From: Eubacteriales bacterium
GTDB lineage: Bacteria; Bacillota; Clostridia; Oscillospirales; CAG-272
Direction of reading: 5' to 3'
NCBI GenBank assembly: GCA_045654585.1
Contig: JAZONS010000052.1
Span: forward strand, 15,735-79,734
DNA: 64,000 bases
In this document: one piece after another, positions 10,417 to 18,558 of the stretch
Layout: every line of letters starts with the position of its first letter
How positions within the stretch are numbered: position 1 is the first letter of the stretch
Translations under genes and position numbers: made by a program
The notes under the pieces: model-generated
The model's database searches: none
What the model was told of the DNA's origin: nothing
What the model saw: only the letters and a program-made list of their open reading frames with translations

Positions 10417-10569
10417 TTCCTTCTCGCTTTTCTTTTTTCTACGTACATTTTATCATCTTTTTTGCCTAAAATCAATATTTATGTCCGATTTTTACAAACG
10501 GTTTTTGATTTTTGTATATACTTCGGGATCTGACAATATTTACGTTTAATAATTAATTGATGATAATAC

Positions 10570-10598
10570 TTGACTTTTATAAAAGAAAAGAGTACAAT
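10570..10598 (+). promoter_or_regulatory. Sigma-70-type promoter of mscL
   Basis: TTGACT, 17-nt spacer, TACAAT, located about 40 nt upstream of the mscL start. Confidence 0.6.
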
Positions 10599-10638
10599 AA
10601 AATAAGCAAATCGACAAAATAAAACAAAGGAGAAATAA

Positions 10639-11274
10639 ATGAAAAAGTTTTTTGAAGAATTCAAAAAGTTTATAACGCGCGGCAACGTAGTTGATATGGC
10701 TGTCGGTGTTATCGTAGGTAGCTCGTTTACCGCAATCGTAAACGGACTCAGTAACTTCGTGTTAAAACCCATCATTAACTGGCTTCTTGCTGTTATTTTT
10801 GGCAAGGATTCACTTTCCGATCTTCATACCTTCCTTGTTAGAGTAGAAAAGGATATTCTTGATGAGGCAGGCGCGGTTATCGGAAAAGAGGTTGACCTCG
10901 CAAATTCTATTTACATAGATTGGGGTAGCTTCATCAATGCTATAATTAACTTCTTCCTTGTAGCTCTTGTTCTCTTCTCGATAGTTAAGATCTTTAATAG
11001 GTTCAGAGAAGAGCATAAGGAATTCAGCGAAATGCTCAACAAGGGCAGACTTACCAAAGCTCAGAAAAAGGAGCTTAAGGAGAAGGGTATTAATAAGTAC
11101 GACAGAGTTGCAGTTGGTATCTATTTCGCAGAGAAGAAAAAGGCTGAGGAAGAGGCTGCTGCGGCAAAGGCTGCCGAGGAAGCTGCGGCTGCAGCTGAGG
11201 CTGCAAGACTTGAGCGCGAAGCAAATCCGACGACGGAGGACCTGTTGAAGCAGATTCTCGCAAAAATGAACTAA
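10639..11274 (+). CDS. mscL: Large-conductance mechanosensitive channel with Ala/Glu-rich C-terminal extension
   Basis: The N-terminus MKKFFEEFKKFITRGNVVDMAVGVIVGSSFTAIVN is the canonical MscL TM1 region. Confidence 0.85.
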   Translation: MKKFFEEFKKFITRGNVVDMAVGVIVGSSFTAIVNGLSNFVLKPIINWLLAVIFGKDSLSDLHTFLVRVEKDILDEAGAVIGKEVDLANSIYIDWGSFINAIINFFLVALVLFSIVKIFNRFREEHKEFSEMLNKGRLTKAQKKELKEKGINKYDRVAVGIYFAEKKKAEEEAAAAKAAEEAAAAAEAARLEREANPTTEDLLKQILAKMN

Positions 11275-11276
11275 TT

Positions 11277-11800
11277 CGGCTCGTGATTTTTGGTAGAATC
11301 GCAAGCAAAAAAGAGGAACGGAGATTACTCTGTTCCTCTTTTTAACTTATAAGTTATTAAATTGATAAGGTTGAAAACCAAAGGTTTTCTTCCAATTTTT
11401 ATATTTTTTGCTTGCTATCTCCGTTTTCACGCCTCGACGTACATGTGTACGCCTCACGGCGCGAAGAACGAAGATTTCTCCACAAAACTCACTTTGCCGC
11501 GGCTCGTGATTTTGGTATAACCGAACAAAAAAACGGTAGAAGTACAGAACATTGTACCTCTACCGTTAAATTTTAACTTTTCTGAGAAAATCAAGGTTGA
11601 AAACCTTCAGTTTTCTTCGTTTTATTATAGTTTTTTGTTCTATCTCCGTTTTCACGCCTCGACGTACATTTGTACGCCTCACGGCGCGAAGAACGAAGAT
11701 TTCTCCACAAAACTCACTTTGCCGCGGATCGTGATTTTTGGTATAATCGCAATCAAAAAAGGAACGGAGATTTTACTCTGTTCCTCTTTTTGTTTTTTAA
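11277..11800. repeat. Tandem ~224-bp structured intergenic repeat (two full units plus a partial third)
   Basis: Units start at 11277, 11501 and 11725. Each holds a terminator-like hairpin, AAGGTTGAAAACC-N3-4-GGTTTTC, CGTACA-N2-TGTACG, and a promoter-like TTGCCG-17-TATAAT/TATAAC/TAGAAT. Confidence 0.85.
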
Positions 11801-11812
11801 TAGATGAGAAAA

Positions 11813-12943
11813 TTAATTTTCCTCAAACTTTATATTAATTCCGTTGACCTCGACGCCCTCGGTTGCGCGGATCATTATGTACTGCACGCCGCCGATTATC
11901 TGAGTTGAAACAAGCTCTCGGTGCTCGGGATTGACCTTTATCGTAACGTCGGGGGTGGTAAGCTCAAACTTTTTTGTGTCAACGATGTTCTTCGGGGTAA
12001 GCGATGCGCCTACGCCGAAGCTTTCGTCCATAGCTTCGCCAACCCGCTCAACCTTTTCTTCGGCGATTCCGCAGCCCTCGAGCACGCTTTTGACCGTGGC
12101 TTTCGTTATAACTAAGGGCTCGGGGTCCTTTGATTCCTTGTGCGACTCAACGATTTCGGCAAACTGCGTATGCACAGAGCGAACGACCTCAAAATCAAGC
12201 TCGTCGGAAAGAGCTTCCGCTAAGCATTCGTTGAAGGTTGCCTTCTGAATCTTTGGCGGCATAGGCGAGGACTTACCGAATACGTTATCGGTAAACTCGG
12301 GATAAGACTCTGATAGGCTTCTCGTGTAATAAAGCGCGCCGTATATATTTGTTTTCCTGTCATCAAAGAGAGGGAACATAAATCCAAGCTCAACCGCGCC
12401 GAGAAGTCCCGATGCGCTGACAGTGTGAAAGAGGCTGTCTGCCTCACGGAACGTGAGAGCCTCGGGGATATTTTTGATAGGGCAAACTGCGGAAACTATG
12501 TACGAAAATCTCTCTGACGAATCGGCTTCCTCACCGTCAATACCCTTCGTGAAAACGTCGTATATATCGTTCGCAAGCAAAATAACGTAATTGCTCTCGA
12601 ACTTCACACTTTCGATAACCTTCGCATAGTATGCCGAAAGAGCCTCTTCATCGCGAAGCTCGCTGTCGCGGAGCTTCATAAGCAGCAAGTGCTGCTCACT
12701 GTTCGTTACGTCCGCCGTGCTGAACGAGATCTCGTTCAGGTTGGTGCCGAGCGTGCCCGAAAGCGTCTTTTTCATAACGCCGAGCAGCTTCTCGGAAACG
12801 ACCGAGTCGGATGTGCCGAGCGGCTGCGATATTTTTGATAAAATTTCTCCGTTTTCGTTAACGAAGCAACCGACTATTCTCGGAATGTTGCTGTGCTCGG
12901 GGCGGAAACGCCTTTTTATTTCTCTGAGTTCTCTTTCTGTCAT
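11813..12943 (-). CDS. DUF4317-like conserved hypothetical protein
   Basis: The start MTERELREIKRRFRPEHSNIPRIVGCFVNENGEI follows a GGAG RBS. It resembles the Firmicutes DUF4317 family from memory, not from a search. Confidence 0.55.
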   Translation of the reverse strand: MTERELREIKRRFRPEHSNIPRIVGCFVNENGEILSKISQPLGTSDSVVSEKLLGVMKKTLSGTLGTNLNEISFSTADVTNSEQHLLLMKLRDSELRDEEALSAYYAKVIESVKFESNYVILLANDIYDVFTKGIDGEEADSSERFSYIVSAVCPIKNIPEALTFREADSLFHTVSASGLLGAVELGFMFPLFDDRKTNIYGALYYTRSLSESYPEFTDNVFGKSSPMPPKIQKATFNECLAEALSDELDFEVVRSVHTQFAEIVESHKESKDPEPLVITKATVKSVLEGCGIAEEKVERVGEAMDESFGVGASLTPKNIVDTKKFELTTPDVTIKVNPEHRELVSTQIIGGVQYIMIRATEGVEVNGINIKFEEN

Positions 12944-13042
12944 AACTGTTCTCCGTAAAAAAAGCAGCACGTGTTTGTGGCTGCTCGTGTGAATTTTTGC
13001 TGTTTTTTAGTGTACCTAGGGAAGGGCGTGGCGTGGTTTGTA

Positions 13043-13134
13043 CTTTGCCTACCCGTTTGGCCTGCCGTGGTGGATACCTTGCCTGCCCGTTTGGCCTGCC
13101 CGGTGCATATCTTGCCTGCCCGTTTGGCCTGCCC
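13043..13134 (-). repeat. Three direct repeats of the tRNA-Arg 3' acceptor end plus trailer (24-nt cores, period 33-35 nt)
   Basis: cttgcctgcccgtttggcctgccc occurs at 13111-13134 (overlapping the tRNA 3' end) and identically at 13078-13101. A degenerate copy lies at 13043-13066. Confidence 0.85.
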
Positions 13135-13201
13135 GCGCGGACTCGAACCGCGGACCTTCAGAGTCGGAGTCTGACGCACTATCCATCTGTGCAACGGGCA
13201 G
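13125..13201 (-). tRNA. tRNA-Arg (anticodon CCG) with encoded CCA
   Basis: Manual cloverleaf: acceptor CTGCCCG/CGGGCAG, D stem GCAC/GTGC, anticodon stem TCAGA/TCTGA with loop CTCCGAC, T arm CGCGG-TTCGAGT-CCGCG, discriminator G, then CCA. Confidence 0.9.
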
Positions 13202-13442
13202 GTATTAAGTTGTATTTGCAGAGTTTGCCGCTCGGGCTTATACTCTACGGTAGGCAATTTGTCTGTAAAAATGATAACTGCCATCTCCGAGCTGGCAATA
13301 TTCCAAAGCTACGCTTTTGGAATGCGGAGTCTTGTGCGTTTTCCCGTCCGATCGCATAGTCGTTCATTGTCGGGGCAGAGCCCCTTCTCGAACTCGTTGC
13401 TCTCGGGACTTCCGTCACGAAAAACAACATTTAGTTGTTTTT

Positions 13443-13470
13443 CGCTCGTCACCAGCTACGCTACGGGCAG
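13443..13470 (-). pseudogene. tRNA 5'-half-like fragment
   Basis: The minus strand reads CTGCCCGTAGCGTAGCTGGTGACGAGCG. It has the same acceptor 5' strand and the same 5 upstream nt (AATAC) as the real tRNA, plus a degenerate D-arm. No matching 3' half was found. Confidence 0.35.
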
Positions 13471-13481
13471 GTATTGTATAT

Positions 13482-13616
13482 GTAATGCAAAGCATTACGT
13501 GATATGTTTGCTGGTGCAAACGTGATATGTCACCATAGGTGACGCGATATTCTCGCTATGCGAGAGCGATATATGCCGCGAACTGCGCGGCGTGAAAAGA
13601 GATGCGTTTGGCATCT
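13482..13616. repeat. Array of six perfect 6-7 bp hairpins of unique sequence separated by a conserved GYGATAT linker
   Basis: Hairpins start at 13482, 13506, 13529, 13551, 13575 and 13600. Their stems are gtaatgc, gtttgc, gtcacc, tctcgc, gccgcg and agatgc. The linkers are GTGATAT, GTGATAT, GCGATAT, GCGATATAT and GTGAAAAG. Confidence 0.8.
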
Positions 13617-13878
13617 AAAAAGCTTTTTCGATTTTTTGTGAACTGCATGGCTGTTTTTTCAAAAAAGCGCTTATTAATTTTATCATTTTTCTTTTTGTTT
13701 GTCAAGAGAGTCAGTGGGATAAAAAGGAAAGAATTGAGAAATACAGAAAAACGAGTGAGAAATCCTGTAAAAAACAAAAAGTAACTATCCCGAAAAAGTG
13801 TTACGCCATATAGCTTTTTGCACAATTTTTGCTTAATTATTTTTAATAATTTTCCCGAAAAAAAGTTTTAAAAAACTA

Positions 13879-13907
13879 ATGACAAACAAAAAAATATATG
13901 TTATAAT
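13879..13907 (+). promoter_or_regulatory. Promoter with extended -10 for the lipoprotein genes
   Basis: ATGACA, 17-nt spacer, TGtTATAAT. Confidence 0.6.
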
Positions 13908-13964
13908 TGTCATAGTAAAGTAGGTCGTTGCTTTACAACCAAAATAAAAAAGGAGACACAAAAC

Positions 13965-14348
13965 ATGAAAAAAATCACGACACTATTATTAGTATGCGTA
14001 CTCCTTATAGGATGCGTATTCACCCTTGCTTCTTGTGTATTTTCCGCAGGCCCGATCACTATTATTTCAGGTGAATATGAGGTAGATCTTGCATTGGCAG
14101 AGTATGAAATCAGCTTTTCGCCTCTTGGTAAGATAACTGTTGTTGAAGATCCCATCATCGGTGATTCTAACACTTACGAAGGAAAATATAAGGTTAACAG
14201 CGAAACCAAAGAGATCACTCTTACTTGGAAAGGCGATGCTCCTACAGAGCTCGTTTTACCCAATGGAACAGAGTCATTCTCGTATGGTGAAAAAGACGGT
14301 GCTGAGTATATTCAGATCGGTTTGATCACATTCAAGGCAGCTGACTAA
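13965..14348 (+). CDS. Small lipoprotein, unknown function
   Basis: Signal peptide with lipobox: MKKITTLLLVCVLLIGCVFTLASC. Confidence 0.7.
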   Translation: MKKITTLLLVCVLLIGCVFTLASCVFSAGPITIISGEYEVDLALAEYEISFSPLGKITVVEDPIIGDSNTYEGKYKVNSETKEITLTWKGDAPTELVLPNGTESFSYGEKDGAEYIQIGLITFKAAD

Positions 14349-14405
14349 TTTACTTATAATTCAAGTTTAACTTGTATTAAAAAATATTTAAGGAGCAAAA
14401 ACACA

Positions 14406-14765
14406 ATGAAAAGAATCATTTCCACCCTTCTTGTGTGCGTTCTTCTTGTAGGTTGCGTAGTTGCGATGGCTTCCTGCAGCAAGGTTTCCGAATCTTATGC
14501 AGAAAAGATCAACAAGGCAGCAGATAAAGATGAGCACTACACCGTTGATGAGGTTCTTGACGATCTTGGCGATGAGGCTATTGATGATTTCTATTTTCCT
14601 CTTCTCAAATCAGGCATAATTATTGCAGTTAAGGGTTGCGAGAATTATGACGAGATCGAAGACAAATGGGATGAAGGTAAAGAAGTTAAAGGTATTGTAA
14701 TTACTATCGCAGGTGGCAAGGCAATTAAGGCTGAGTACCGTGTAATTACCGATAAGGATAAATAA
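14406..14765 (+). CDS. Small acidic lipoprotein, unknown function
   Basis: Signal peptide with lipobox: MKRIISTLLVCVLLVGCVVAMASC. Confidence 0.7.
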   Translation: MKRIISTLLVCVLLVGCVVAMASCSKVSESYAEKINKAADKDEHYTVDEVLDDLGDEAIDDFYFPLLKSGIIIAVKGCENYDEIEDKWDEGKEVKGIVITIAGGKAIKAEYRVITDKDK

Positions 14766-14774
14766 TCATCCAAA

Positions 14775-14808
14775 ATAAAAAGGGAGTTGCAAAACTCCCT
14801 TTTTATTT
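14775..14808. terminator. Bidirectional terminator
   Basis: agggagtt-gcaa-aactccct, flanked by an A-run and a T-run, between convergent genes. Confidence 0.75.
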
Positions 14809-15141
14809 TGTGCTTTCCGTAATCAAAATCATTCTTTTTCCAATTTTTGTGACGTAGTCTATTGTATGCTTGGTTCCTTTTGAAGAGCCATCCCAAATTA
14901 TCAAGGCTATATCGCAAAGCTCTACCATTTTTTCATTACGCTTAAGCGGGGCAGCCTTTCCGTAAAGATCATAATGTGGGCGCAGGATCAGTTTGGATAG
15001 GCGTTTTTTATCTGCATAGTTTTCCGCAATCGTATCTATTCCGTCAGCTCCGCCGGTAATTATTAACGAAGTATCGTTTGGGATATATTTTTCAAGGTCA
15101 AAATCATTAATACTTCTCGATCCTGCAATAAGTAACTTCAT
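14803..15141 (-). CDS. SLOG-fold (DUF2493/YspA-like) protein
   Basis: The start MKLLIAGSR follows a GGAGGTG RBS. The motif ITGGADGIDTIAE is typical of SLOG/DprA-like Rossmann domains. Confidence 0.55.
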   Translation of the reverse strand: MKLLIAGSRSINDFDLEKYIPNDTSLIITGGADGIDTIAENYADKKRLSKLILRPHYDLYGKAAPLKRNEKMVELCDIALIIWDGSSKGTKHTIDYVTKIGKRMILITESTK

Positions 15142-15297
15142 AGGCACCTCCGAGTTCTCTATAAACCTTATAAAATACATAATGTTTACTATATTATACC
15201 ATATAACAATTAAATTGTAAATAAGGTAAAATATTTTTGTTGATAATATTATAAACTGTAATCAACGTTTATTATGTATTTCGATTTCGGAGGCAAT

Positions 15298-15534
15298 ATG
15301 GTAGAGAGTCAGTATAAAATGAATTTAATCAAAATAGGCTTGAAAATTGCTTATTACAGAAAATTACAGGGAATGACGCAGGAGGAGCTTGCGGAGGCTT
15401 GCGATTTATCTTCCGGTTACATCTCGCAGCTTGAAGCGCCGAATTGCTTTTTCTGTCCCTCGCTGAAAACCTTATTTAATATCGCGGAAGTTCTTGGTAC
15501 TACGGTTTCTAAGCTTACGGATATAGAAGATTAA
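15298..15534 (+). CDS. XRE family helix-turn-helix regulator
   Basis: HTH motif MTQEELAEACDLSSGYISQLE. The ATG at 15298 follows GGAGG. Confidence 0.7.
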   Translation: MVESQYKMNLIKIGLKIAYYRKLQGMTQEELAEACDLSSGYISQLEAPNCFFCPSLKTLFNIAEVLGTTVSKLTDIED

Positions 15535-15694
15535 ATATTAATGTGTTTTCTCAATTAAGTGGTTCTATAATAAATGTTGGGGTAAGTGCTCAATTAAGTT
15601 TTCGAAAAAATATTATAATACAAAACGAGAGTAGCTTTTAGCGTTGAGCTACCCTCGTTTTGCATTATTTTATATTATATAGATTGTTATTTAA

Positions 15695-16654
15695 TTATTC
15701 CGTAAGCGTAACTTCCTCTTTCGTATCGTCTGCGTTAGCTTCGTGGATTACCGATTCAGCTTCGCTGACTGTGGCCGCTTTTTTTGTTTTTGATGAAATA
15801 AATGCGCAAACCTTAGCCCTAAGAAGCTTGACGTCGGAAACGAAGCTCTTGTGGTCAAATATAAGGCTGATAAGGAAGCAAAGGAGGGGAACTATGAGAT
15901 AAACGGGAACGATGAGCCAGAACCAAGGCCAATACTTTTCCTGACCTGCGTATTCTCCGACGGGAATCGTCTTGAAGAATTTCGGGCAGAATGCCGCGAG
16001 GAAATCTCCTATTGCATCGTCGGTGCCGGGGCCCCATATATATGAGCTGTTCTTATAGTTGATATCGAAGAAGTTCGTGTTATCACGAAGAGGAATAAAT
16101 CCAAGCTCGGACTGGAAGATCTGGTTGAGCATAATGAAGAGCATAAGGCAGAGAAGTCCCGTAGGCGCAGAGTAGATCTTCTTGTATGAGATCTTATGAT
16201 GCTTGAAGAGCACCATAAGAAGCGGTACTGCGAGAAGCATCCAATGATGGAAGTAGAATCTTATGATATCAAGCTGCTCACCGAGCTGATCGACCTTTGC
16301 AAGGGGCTCTTGAGGATAGAAGAGCGCGATAAGTCCGCTGATAACGCCTATGTAAAACATATAGTTCTTAACCTTCTCGTTCTTCATAAAGAACATAAAG
16401 GGGAAGAGAGCTATATTCGCGCCGCAGATATTGACAAACCAAGAGTCTCTGAGCATTCTCGCCTCATCGGTAGAGTATGGCGGATAGTATACTTTTGTGA
16501 AGTGAGCTATAAGACCGAGCACGAGAAGTGAAAACAGAACTGCCTTCTGTATCTTAACGCTCTTGTTACGTAAAAGAAAATAAAGTCCCGTGGTAATTCC
16601 GCCAAGCAGGAGCAGCCAGAAGAAATACCAACCGTTAAACATTCCTATAATCAT
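15695..16654 (-). CDS. Polytopic integral membrane protein, unknown function
   Basis: Multiple hydrophobic helices. The likely start MIIGMFNGWYFFW follows a GGAGAG RBS. Confidence 0.6.
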   Translation of the reverse strand: MIIGMFNGWYFFWLLLLGGITTGLYFLLRNKSVKIQKAVLFSLLVLGLIAHFTKVYYPPYSTDEARMLRDSWFVNICGANIALFPFMFFMKNEKVKNYMFYIGVISGLIALFYPQEPLAKVDQLGEQLDIIRFYFHHWMLLAVPLLMVLFKHHKISYKKIYSAPTGLLCLMLFIMLNQIFQSELGFIPLRDNTNFFDINYKNSSYIWGPGTDDAIGDFLAAFCPKFFKTIPVGEYAGQEKYWPWFWLIVPVYLIVPLLCFLISLIFDHKSFVSDVKLLRAKVCAFISSKTKKAATVSEAESVIHEANADDTKEEVTLTE

Positions 16655-16937
16655 AAAAACTCTCCAAAAACAATTTGAAATATTAAAAAAGTAAAGGATC
16701 AGTTTGTCGAATATTTGTTCCAACACTTACATAATAGCACTTATTCAAGAAAAAGTCATGTTTTTTAAGAATGTTTAATAATACTTAATAATTTAAAGTA
16801 ATAATGAAAAGTAAAGAAAGATAAAATAAGCTATTCGTAGATTTTCGAAGGAAGCTTTTGAAAATAAAAAAGAAAGGGTAGAAGCACCGATATACAATAC
16901 TTCTACCCTTTTGCGGAGTTGTTAAAAACAAGAATGC

Positions 16938-17681
16938 TTATAATATTTTTGAGAGGAATCCGCGAGTTCTCTCCTGCTTGGGATTGCTGAAGATCTCATC
17001 GGGTGTTCCTTCCTCTAGGATATAACCGCCGTCCATAAAGATAACTCGGTCGGAAACCTCACGTGCAAAGCCCATCTCGTGGGTAACGACGATCATTGTG
17101 TATCCCGCCTTGGCAAGACTCTGCATAACCTCAAGCACCTCACCGACCATTTCGGGGTCGAGAGCGGATGTAGGCTCGTCAAATAGGATAACGTCGGGAT
17201 TCATCGAGAGTGCACGCGCGATAGCGATTCTTTGCTTCTGACCGCCTGAAAGCTGAGCCGGCTTCGCGTTTACGTATGCGCTCATACCAACCTTTTCAAT
17301 ATACTCGCGCGCGATTTTTTCCGCCTCTTCGCGAGTTCTCTTAAGAACGATCATCTGCGGCTTAACGCAGTTGTCAAGCGCGGTCATATTATTGAAGAGG
17401 TTAAACTGCTGGAATACCATTTCAACCTTGGAACGGTAAGTGGTAAGCTTGATATCTTTTCCCTGGATATCCTGTCCCTCGTAAAAAATGTTACCGCCAG
17501 TGGGCGTTTCAAGAAGGTTAATGCATCTGAGCATCGTGCTTTTACCCGAGCCCGAAGAACCGATAACCGATATAACCTCACCGCGATAAACGGAAAGGTT
17601 AATGTCACGAAGAACCTCGTGGTCACCGAAAGACTTTTTTAAGTGGGAAAGCTCAATGATTGGCTTGTTGTTCTCGTTCAT
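16938..17681 (-). CDS. Amino acid ABC transporter ATP-binding protein
   Basis: Walker [10 protein letters not shown], signature LSGGQKQR and Walker [12 protein letters not shown]. GlnQ-like, 247 aa. Confidence 0.9.
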   Translation of the reverse strand: MNENNKPIIELSHLKKSFGDHEVLRDINLSVYRGEVISVIGSSGSGKSTMLRCINLLETPTGGNIFYEGQDIQGKDIKLTTYRSKVEMVFQQFNLFNNMTALDNCVKPQMIVLKRTREEAEKIAREYIEKVGMSAYVNAKPAQLSGGQKQRIAIARALSMNPDVILFDEPTSALDPEMVGEVLEVMQSLAKAGYTMIVVTHEMGFAREVSDRVIFMDGGYILEEGTPDEIFSNPKQERTRGFLSKIL

Positions 17682-17682
17682 A

Positions 17683-18444
17683 TTATTCGACCTCCTTTAT
17701 GTGAATTTCAGCCGCAGGGTCGGATTGTGATCCGCAGATGGTATAGGAATCCTTGCCGGCGAGCTTTTTCTCGCATAAGCGAAGAAGTCTTGTGACAGAA
17801 TAGGTCATTACGAAGTACATAACGCATATGATGAGATATGTCTCGAAGATGGCCCACGTCATGGACTGTACCTTTCCTGCCATATAGTAAAGCTCCATAA
17901 CTCCGATAACGTTAAGAACTGAGGTATCCTTAATATTAATAACGAATTCGTTGCTGATAGAGGGAAGAATATTGCGGAGAACCTGAGGTATGATAACGTG
18001 TATCATAGCCTGCCAGTGAGTCATACCAACGGAGTATGCTCCCTCAAACTGTCCCTTGTCGATAGAGATTATACCGCCGCGGACGATCTCTGCCATATAT
18101 GCACCCGTGTTAATAGAAACAATAAATATACCGGCGGGAATGAGAGGAAGAGTGATTCCGTCGTTCATAAACGCATAACCCCAGTATATAACCATCGCCT
18201 GAACCATCATAGGTGTTCCGCGGAATACTTCAACGTATATTGCAATAATAACGTTAACGGTTTTTTGGATATAATAAATAGCTTTATTTTTGGAAAGAGG
18301 AATAGTTCTCACAATTCCGGTAAGAAGACCGATAAGAAGTCCGATAACAGTACCCGTCAGGGCTATCAGCATCGTATATCCTAATCCGGAAAGCAGATAT
18401 GACCAATACTTCGAGATAATATTGCCAACAGTTTCAAAAAACAT
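17683..18444 (-). CDS. Amino acid ABC transporter permease
   Basis: Polar amino-acid permease family features ([22 protein letters not shown]). Confidence 0.85.
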   Translation of the reverse strand: MFFETVGNIISKYWSYLLSGLGYTMLIALTGTVIGLLIGLLTGIVRTIPLSKNKAIYYIQKTVNVIIAIYVEVFRGTPMMVQAMVIYWGYAFMNDGITLPLIPAGIFIVSINTGAYMAEIVRGGIISIDKGQFEGAYSVGMTHWQAMIHVIIPQVLRNILPSISNEFVINIKDTSVLNVIGVMELYYMAGKVQSMTWAIFETYLIICVMYFVMTYSVTRLLRLCEKKLAGKDSYTICGSQSDPAAEIHIKEVE

Positions 18445-18558
18445 TATTAATGACCTTTCTAGCTTGATATATAAACGACTAATTGTAAATAAAGAATTAC
18501 TTTTTACTGCAAAACAGGTTTCGGTAAGGCTTTTGCATTACCGAAACCTACTTTTATT

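Noticed and set aside
10810-11308. ORFs antisense to or overlapping the 3' part of mscL (164 aa and 72 aa).
   Set aside because: They lie opposite the Ala/Glu-rich tail of a confidently identified mscL. Their composition reflects the complementary low-complexity sequence.
13202-13480. Possible reduced RNase P RNA, because the minus strand contains GACGGAAGTCCCGAGAGCAAC and TACAGACAAATTGCCTAC, which loosely resemble the conserved GGAAAGUCC and ACAGAA..GGCUUA regions.
   Set aside because: The two segments cannot form the P4 helix (AAGUCCGG with CCGGCUU). The GGAAAGUCC motif is imperfect, and the region is about 100 nt too short. I therefore report it only as an unassigned structured region.
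12940-13525. ORF-track entries overlapping the tRNA and repeat region (for example 12940-13284 minus, 12997-13359 plus, 13259-13525 plus).
   Set aside because: They run across a well-formed tRNA gene and tandem repeats, lack ribosome-binding sites, and have low-complexity Arg/Pro/Cys-rich translations. They are almost certainly non-coding.
13482-13616. A CRISPR array, given the regular repeat/spacer look.
   Set aside because: The conserved element is only 7-9 nt and the variable parts are 13-19 nt self-complementary hairpins. Real CRISPR repeats are about 28-37 nt with non-palindromic spacers of similar size. No cas genes are present.
12950-13960. An integrated mobile element or prophage at tRNA-Arg, suggested by the reiterated tRNA 3' end.
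   Set aside because: No integrase, excisionase or phage-like genes flank the tRNA within the window. Only the repeat scars are visible, so no mobile element feature is called.
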